DNA of 21,163 nucleotides from Tubiluchus corallicola (taxonomy: Eukaryota; Animalia; Priapulida): assembly GCA_030141605.1 (NCBI GenBank), contig JAQGDQ010001916.1, positions 1-21,163 of the forward strand, in the 5' to 3' direction. The position numbers were made by a program, and so were the translations under genes. The stretch's first letter is position 1, and every line of letters begins with the position of its first letter. Shown in pieces: positions 11,540 through 19,341 of this stretch. Under the pieces are notes generated by a model. The model searched no databases. It was not told where the DNA came from and saw only the letters and a list, made by a program, of their open reading frames with translations.

Positions 11540-13323
11540 GGAAATCACTACAGGACTGAGTGACTGCGAGAAACAAATGATGAACAGGCTGGAATTGGTC
11601 GATGCACAAGGGAAGCAGAATAGACGTGTGCCTATTTTGTTGTTAAAAGACATGGTTGATGCAATTGAGCTTCTTGTAAAATTCCGAGCTCAGTGTGGCA
11701 TACCAACAGAAAATCTCTATCTGTTTGCTAAACCAAGCAATCAGCCGATGCAAGTGTGGAAGGTGTTAAATCAACTTGCAACTGATGGCGGATGTTCAAA
11801 CCCGGAAAATATGTCATCTAGCCGACTTCGTAAATACTTGACTACCGTTTAACAGTTGCTCGACATGGAAGAGTACGAGTTGCAATGGTTATCATGTCAC
11901 TTGGGACATAATGTAACTACACATAAGGCCTTCTACAGGCAGCATGATGCATGCGTCGAGATTGCAAAAGTGGGGAAACTCATTTGTGCAGCAGATCAAG
12001 GTGTACTAAACTAATGTTGTGGAAAATCTTTGAATGACATAAACATTGTGCATGAACCTGTCCCTGGGCAGGATGATTTTGATGACTCTTCAGAGAGCGG
12101 AATCTGCGAATCGAATCAAGGTGAGGATGATATGTTGGAGACAGAATATGATGACATTGAGATTTCCGGTGTCAAGAAAATGCCTAAGAAAAAACGCACG
12201 TGCGGAATTTGCTCTGACAGCGAGTCTGATATTGAAAGTGATATGTCAGAACCATCAAACAAAAAGAAAAGCTGTGGCAAGCATTTGCAAATAAAGAGAC
12301 TTTTTCATAGCCGAAACCGTTGGAGTGCAGACGAAACAGATATTTTAAAAAACAATTTGCGCTGCACCTTGCAAATCAAACATATCCTTCTAAGCAACAA
12401 ATGGATTTTTTTTCCAAGAAACACCTTTCGTTCAAAGAAAAGCGTGGATATGCAGGTATAAAATCAAAATTGCAGTACTTGATGAAGTCGTGAATCACCA
12501 TATCTTTTGCTTAAAAGGCCGACTCATTCCGACCTAGAGGACATTTTAATTTCTAAAGTTAGGACTAATTTTTTTAAATGAATAATTACTATGTTATCAA
12601 TTCAGTGTTCTTTATAATTTGTAGGCTACAGTTGCGCTTTTGTTAAAACATCTTGGAATTCAGTACAGAGTTGCACTAGTTTTTGCTCTTTTTTTTAAAA
12701 AAAGACATTATTTACTGTGTAATCGTTCAGTATTTCAGTTCTTTTTCTTTTAGTGTTAAATAAATTGAAAGTTAAAAACAGTTGTATTGAAATAAAAAAT
12801 ACCTAACTTGGCATATTCAAGATGTGACATTGGTTGTCATTCAAGGTAGAAAAAGACTTTATTGCTATTACAAAAAATTGTTTTTAACATTGCAGTTCTT
12901 TTTAAATTTATCTATTGAAATCTTTTTTTCAGAAAACTGCACATACTGAGAAATTTTGTTGGTAAAGTTTAGTTACGTATGTTGTGGTGGAATAGTAATG
13001 CTGTAATAGTGTAATGGTAAGGTGCGACTGTCACTCAAGTGTTTTTTCTTGTTTTCAATTTTGAATTCAAACATTGTTGCTGTTGGTAATTCAAGATTTT
13101 TGTTCAAATTGTCGACAGTAAATGGAAATCGTCAAATGTTGTGACAGGTGATCAATGCAGATAGGCATTTCACTACAATTTCATTGTTACTGTAATAGTT
13201 TAACAGTAATTATGCTAAGTTAAGATCGGTTACTTTTGGTTATAAATAAAAATAATAATTTTTCTCATGAAATTGTCGTGTAAAGTTTTAAATACAACTT
13301 GTTCCTTTGTTTCAATTTATTTT

Positions 13324-13668
13324 GAAGGTTTAAAGGAGATGAGAATAGTAACATCAAACTGTGGAAGTGGAAAAACTCGTGACAAAATACCATCATGTTT
13401 GAAAGGTAGACCTGTAGGGCAAAAGGCTTATGTATTGGCACCAAATAGAGTAGTGGCTAGGGAAAATTATGAGTCTCTCAAGAAACTATGTCAAGAGCCT
13501 ATAGCCCTTAGGACATTCGATGCGAGCTTGGAAGAAAGGAAACCTGGACCTTGTAAAGTAGAGGTTATGGCACATGCCACAGCTTTGAATAGGTTTAGGA
13601 AAGGTAAACTTAATTTCAGAAATGCACTAGTCATAGTAGATGAGTGGCATTATGGAAATGAGGAGACC
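13324..13668 (+). pseudogene. NS3: Endogenous viral element: Flaviviridae NS3 SF2 helicase fragment (orthoflavivirus/jingmen/tamana-like)
   Basis: Motif I CGSGKTRDKIP, Ia VLAPNRVVARE, EVMAHAT and motif II IVDEWH; compare flavivirus GAGKTRxxLP, LAPTRVVAxE, DxMCHAT, IMDEAH. Confidence 0.88.
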
Positions 13669-13860
13669 TACTATAATCAGGCTGCGGATGCCTGGAAGAG
13701 GGAAAATCAATGACCATACATATAATACCAAAGCTAGTGTCCTACGTGTTTCCGAAGGCCATGACACCATTCAGTCCGGATTTAGAGTAACTGGAATCTA
13801 TCCTTTTCACTCCTGATGAATTCATGTCCAACTATGCGACAGAACGACCAGTTGCGGAAG
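13666..13860 (+). mobile_element. pogo/Tigger-like DDE transposase C-terminal fragment
   Basis: Across frameshifts: TYYNQAADAWKREN / MTIHIIPKLVSYVFPKAMTP / IQSGFRVTGIYPF / TPDEFMSNYATERP, the typical post-DDE consensus of invertebrate pogo-like elements. Confidence 0.8.
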
Positions 13861-14504
13861 CTGAACAACTTGCTCCGGATTCTATCGGGGCCCATCGAGG
13901 AGCATCCGTCAGACACATCTTAACCTTATTGTTTATTTATTCAATATAATAATTTAGAAAAAAAAATTCTATGACAATTTCACAAACAAAGATGCTTGTT
14001 TAGATTACTAGTGTTATAAAAAGTTTCGTTAACGTCTTTGTTTACGTCTGCTCTTTACACTCATTTCCTGCAGACTCCTGCGCCGAACAGTCCCCGGTCA
14101 CGTGATCATTCTGATTGCGTCAGCACACTCCACCGAGGGAAGATGCCATGAACCATCGTCCTACGAAATTACCGGTGACAACATTTGGATATCAATCCTT
14201 GTGTCAGTCCGGCACTCGTCAACAGTATTTGTCTGATCAGCGCCCGAGGAAGGGAGTGGCTTTGGACTGCAGAATGCACGTCAGTAGACATTCAGTCTGT
14301 GCGGAACTTGTTTCTTCTGGATTTACGTCGTGGAATGTGGTGACCATCATATCGGTTCTCATGGTTTGCTTTAGTGGACTGTATTACAAATTGGTTACAT
14401 CAACACATGGATGGCAGAGAAGTGTGGAATTATCGAAATGGTTATGGAGACATTCTGTGCTGATATCAGTATTTTATGTCACCACAATGTATTATGAGGC
14501 GGTT

Positions 14505-15690
14505 TCGTTATTTCATGAAGTTCTGAGGAACCAGGATTTGACAAGGATCCCCCAGATTTGGAGGTTGCAGACTGGGACTCAAAGAACATGCCAAGAATGT
14601 TTTATGCGTGTGACATGAACCCAGAGGAAGTTAAGATAGCACTCAAAATGGCTGCTATAAACAGATTTAGCACTAGTGCAGGAATTGCATTAGGAGCTTG
14701 GGCTATTAATAAACGATTTTCTTCAAGCGGAAAGTCAATTCAGGAATTGCTCGAGGGAGTAAAGGTCTTACATGAAGGGACCAACGCAGTTTATGCCTTC
14801 ACAGGTGAATTTCCACATCACAAAGAGATGACTATAAAGAGTTATCTAAAATTAACCTCAGACTCCAGAGGAGAAGAGCTGGGACCAAGCAAACACGGGA
14901 TCAAAATGAGACACAGGAGGAATCCTCCACGCATCAAGCAGGAAAATCCAAAAATCTCCAAACATTATGACTAATGACATTTATGATATCTGGGAAAAGA
15001 TTGAAAGTTATTTCGAAACATCAGCCACAGAGACTTTTGAATGGGAGTTGGACTCCATTTGCTTTTTAATCATGGTATTGTCCCGTGCTGCCCGGAAATC
15101 ACAAAGAGTGATAAATAAAGTTCTGAGCCAGGAGATTGAAAATTCTATGAACACAATAATGGCCAATTACAGACCAATTGGACTTAAGATTAATGAATTT
15201 CTCCCGAATGCCTATTACACTGCATTCTCCCGCCCCGAAAATTGTGCAACAGCTCATATTACTTTCGGACAATGTATAAGAGCTGGAAAAATTCATGATA
15301 AAGGAGAAGAAGAGCTAAATAGATATGCAGACTTTGCCGTCATGAGGCTTCGCTCACCCTCCCTCAACTCCTTGCACAGGCAGTAGAATCTACCAAGTTA
15401 GATAGGAACGAACTGTTAAAAAAGATAGCGTGCACTTGGACGATTAAGGAACTTTTGAGACTAAAAGCCTTCTGGAGAAAGTATGTGGGATTGCCTGACA
15501 AGTCGTATCTCTACGCGAAAGTATTCAATCAAAACGCATTTACAAACATCAGCACAAACAATAAGAGTCTTGACCACGGTTTTATTACATATTATAGCTG
15601 ACAAAGAAAACCCGAATGATCCTAGAGCCAGCGTTTGGCAGTATCAAAGATCAGTGGTTTATATGAAAATTCAACTGAGACTTTAGAAGT
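14505..15690 (+). pseudogene. Endogenous viral element: probable rhabdovirus-like (Mononegavirales) nucleoprotein, frameshifted
   Basis: About 390 codons of intronless purine-rich coding sequence joined by frameshifts near 14555, 14965, 15340 and 15597. ICFLIMVLSRAARKS and, in a frame not in the ORF track, KSYLYAKVFNQNAFTNISTNN resemble the cyto/nucleorhabdovirus-type N motifs (LxRLxxK; WxYARxxDxxxFxxLxTxNN). Confidence 0.55.
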
Positions 15691-16579
15691 TGTATAAGAG
15701 ACACTAACATTCGTTTATGTTAGTCCACCTGGTTTATATTTATTTATTCGTTTATGTACACTCACCTGGTTTACCTTGCTGCAAGTTGGAATTATTGATC
15801 GCCGTCTAAAGAAGCCAACGCGAACTACTGGACAGGCAAGAACTAAAATAATTATGAACCGAGTTTGATATTTTCCACTAAATATTAAGTGAGAAATTAT
15901 AGAATGAACTCTGTGGTGAAAGCTGGAAAGCGATTTTAAACACTTGTTCAAATGTTTACCTCACAGTTCTAAGGCGCGTACAAGTTGTAGCGTGGCTTTA
16001 AACACCTACAGGACACCCCTGCAGGTAAAATAGTTTAACCCTGCAGGTTCTACAAAATCGTAGGCCTACAGCACAATGAAACCTGTTTCTTGCCCTGTCT
16101 ACACAACTTTTTTAAAGGTGGAGTTGACTGTACGTTTCTAGCAAAAAGTCGTAGCCGCGTTTGTATAACTTTGATTTCTTGGATACAGATAAAAAGTCTA
16201 AAAGTGCTTTAGAGATAAGAGCTTCTTCCTGGACATTCACACTGTGTTAACTGTGTTTTATTGAATGCTTGCTCTTACGCCTATTATAGTCAGTTTTGTA
16301 TTGATCAGCTGTTTTAATGTTGTTGTCCGCTTTAGTTATTCTGCAGTACGTGGCCCAGAGAAAATTTCTCGTATCTATGTTAAACGTGCGAAAATACCAT
16401 TATACAGCAACAGATATACGGAAAAATAGGTTGACAACTACAGTTACTAAACTGCACTTTTGTATAGGACTTACAATATTTACTGTTGCAGAATCACAGC
16501 TTTGTAATTTTGAGTGTCGTACTTAGTTTATGATAATACTTATTGATTCGCCAAATTATAGCAAATTAACAGGTACAAC

Positions 16580-16636
16580 ATGGATGATCTGGAAAAGAAA
16601 ACTGTAAAAGAATTAAGAGAAATTCTCAAAGAAAAG
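16580..16636 (+). pseudogene. SAP/HeH domain stub
   Basis: MDDLEKKTVKELREILKEK matches SAP helix 1 (LxKxTVxELRxxLKxxGL); flanked by an AG at 16571-16572 and a GT at 16637; no continuation found. Confidence 0.55.
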
Positions 16637-16944
16637 GTATTCTCAAAGATATATTTCTCTGTATAGTTGGTGTGGTCCATGTACTACACAACCCCCCCCC
16701 CCCCCGTCGCGATGCATACGGTGGTATAGGGATGGCACTGTTAAATGAGTCACCTCAAGCCACAGCAACAGCTTGGAATGTGGCATGAAAAAGATTGGGA
16801 AGTGGGCAGGTTCACAAACCTAGAACTTTGTACAACAGTTTTCTACAGGAACATTTCTAAATGCGAAATGAGTCAGACAGCCTGAATGCACCATGACTAG
16901 TTTGTGGTGCCAGTGGTGCAGACCGCTAAGATCTCATTAACGTA

Positions 16945-18345
16945 ATGTCAAATTTAGATAAAAATTTCCCGTTCTTTAGAGATTTCGATGAAGAAGAAAG
17001 TGTAATTAAGCCCAAGTATGTAAAAGTCTTCGATGCCACGCCAGGCCGTGGCGGCACCATACAATACATTTGCCAATCCACCCTTAATGCTGACATTCAT
17101 TTCTATCAGGACCCTCAAGATAAATGGCCCATTGAATACGACTATCTTAAGAACATAGCTGACACTCAAACTCTTTACCATCATGATAAATTTTCAAATG
17201 CCCTTGATAATTTTGATTTCGTGATCTGTGACTCTATCGATTCTCTCCATCTTCAGGCCATTTCTAGCATCGATTATATTTCGAAGTGTGAAGCAAAAGT
17301 TAAAAATAAAGGCACCTTTTGGTTTAGTATTGGGTTAGAACAAATTAAAAACTTAAATATTTTAAAATTAAATTTACAAACACTACAAATTTCACATATC
17401 TCCTAACGTTAAAGCAAATCAAGTTTATATTTTCCTCCAATGTTCTGAAAAATTAGATAACAAAGAAGGTTTAGTTGCTTGGTCCGCTTGGTATCAAATC
17501 ATGCATTTTGTTGTTCGTTATCGCATGCACGCTGTAGAAAATGCTTTTAAACGTAAAATGAAACAATTGACGTTAGCCCATCCTATTCTTTCTAAAGTTA
17601 AAGATAAGCCTTGCCACTACACAACCTTCTCCCCTACCCTAACATCAGACCGCTTTGAAACCATGTTTGAATGTAAGCATAACAAGCTCAAAATTAACCA
17701 TCGCCTTAACCGTATCGAAGCAATTTTGACTGATAATAAATTTAAGAAATCTGCTAGTAAACTCCAAAATTTAGAATATCTTAACGTAGAAGACATTAAG
17801 AAAGGATCCCGATTATGCCCAGGAAAATTAAGTAATCAAATTGTAATAGCAAAATGGAACACCGAAAAATCAAAAGTATCTGATGATTCCGTTTTAGTAG
17901 CTGACTTTTTAGGAAATTTAGTTAACAAAATTACCGGCGCTGATCCGTTTAACACCCCTGTTGTTCAAGTATCTAAAAACGCAACCTTAGTTCATTCTGC
18001 TGTAAAAGACCGCTTAGACCATCCAAATAAGCAATTATCCGACGAACAAATTACTCAACTCTTAGACGCTGCAGAATACGTATGTATGCCTCCATCCCAC
18101 CCTATCAAAATTGCAACCTGGGATGAATTAGGACAAACAAATTACTCAACTCTTAGACGCTGCAGAATACGTATGTATGCCTCCATCCCACCCTATCAAA
18201 ATTGCAACCTGGGATGAATTAGGAAATTTAATCAATAGACAAGGTGCTTTCTGGAATGTTAGATGATTGTCAAGATTTAGGAACTCTTTACGACCGCCCT
18301 GGTACTCGCGAAGTTGTATAACGTATAATTAACGATTTGCAAAAG
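16945..18345 (+). pseudogene. NS5: Endogenous viral element: Flaviviridae-like NS5 fragment (methyltransferase plus pestivirus-like RdRp N-terminus)
   Basis: MTase: VFDATPGRGGTIQY (cf. VIDLGCGRGGWSYY) and DFVICDSIDS (cf. DTLLCDIGES). One frameshift near 17370, then LCPGKLSNQI..TPVVQ..HSAVKDRLD..TWDELGNLINRQGA(fs)SGMLD..LGTLYD..VV*RIINDLQK, colinear with pestivirus NS5B LNPGKVAEQL..LPVVR..HQAIRDKID..WEELERGINRKGAAGF..IGEILD..VEEIIDNLKK as recalled. Truncated before motifs F and A-C. Confidence 0.85.
18045..18224 (+). repeat. 89-bp perfect tandem duplication (18045-18133, 18136-18224) with a 2-bp spacer
   Basis: AACAAATTACTC...GAATTAGGA is repeated; the 91-bp gain frameshifts the RdRp fragment. 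Confidence 0.95.
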
Positions 18346-19341
18346 TTCCAATTTTACAAAGGTTGACTAAGGGAGACATAGTGATTAGTCCAAGACTAAA
18401 AGTAGGATGGTTTACATATTATGTTGATTGTAGATACCAGGGTAGAGTTGAGAGAGTAGAAGCAAACGGAATTGTGCGAGTTAAGTTTCCTATTGTATGT
18501 TGGTCAGTAGATGTTCAGGTCTCATAGTCTGCTGGTGAATAATGTAATTGGTGAATTTCATAATGTAGTTTGTCAAGGTATGTTGCTTTAAATTATATTT
18601 TGTGGTTTTTTTTATTTTGCTAAACTGAGAGGTTAGTGCTTGAATTTTTGTTATAGAGTGTTAAACTTAAGTGAATTATTAAGTTAAACTTCCCTAAATG
18701 TTGCTTTTACTTTTATTTCAGACTGCAATTTATGTTGAAACCTACCCCCCCTCTACACTGGCTTCACTGCTTCATTTTTTTGACAATAAAGAAATCAACC
18801 TGCCTGTATCAAAGTGTTCATCATTTTTATTGGATTACAACATGCAGACTATAATTATTTGTTTTCTTTCTGTATTTTTACAAACATGCATTTCCTGAAA
18901 GTGTTTAAATCGAAGCCAGCCTTAGTCATGTGACCTAAGCTTTAGTAGTATACGCCACCTGTCAATCACACTTGTTCTTACACGTAGTTACATTTTCTGT
19001 TGCCGCTATGCTGATCATGCCATTTGGTGATACTTGCATTCTTTGTCTATTTTGTTGCAATTTAACAGTCACAGTCACTAGTTGTATTTTCAAGCCAAAG
19101 TTGTCACCAGTAAATGTAAGTCACCATCTACTTACTAGTTAATAGTTCAAACTAGTTAGAATTGCTTCAAATCTCTAGAATCATAAAGTAATAATTTGTG
19201 TTTCAGTCTTCTTAAATCTACCTTTTTATTTTGTCTAAATAGTAATAACCTTTAGCACGTTCTCAAGCACTTTTAGTGATCTGCTATTTTAATACATTGC
19301 AGGTCTATCGCACAGTTCAATACTGATTTTTGACGTTTCTT

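Larger units (their letters stand above)
10424..12493 (+). mobile_element. Pseudogenised tyrosine recombinase of a metazoan Crypton-like element
   Basis: Motifs in order: DELIVLWG..K.G, TPSLA, LFNKRRSSEV (catalytic R), GKQNRRVPILL (K), NLYLFA, SSRLRKY (R), HLGH, HKAFYRQ (Tyr nucleophile at 11934), an acidic linker, then a Myb/SANT-like RWSADETDIL tail. Disrupted by stops (10684, 11850, 12012), frameshifts and an insertion. Confidence 0.85.

Noticed and set aside
10269-11609. Minus-strand ORFs 10269..10601, 10460..10657, 10789..11175 and 11388..11609
   Set aside because: Antisense shadows of the recombinase and the inserted retroposon.
13267-18345. A single intact or contaminating flavivirus genome
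   Set aside because: Fragments carry stops and frameshifts, are interleaved with transposon and AT-rich host DNA, lack the RdRp core, and appear to come from different lineages.
18360-18518. Mind-bomb SH3-repeat-like fragment (GRVERVEANGIVRVKFPIVCW)
   Set aside because: Too short and weak to support without a profile search.
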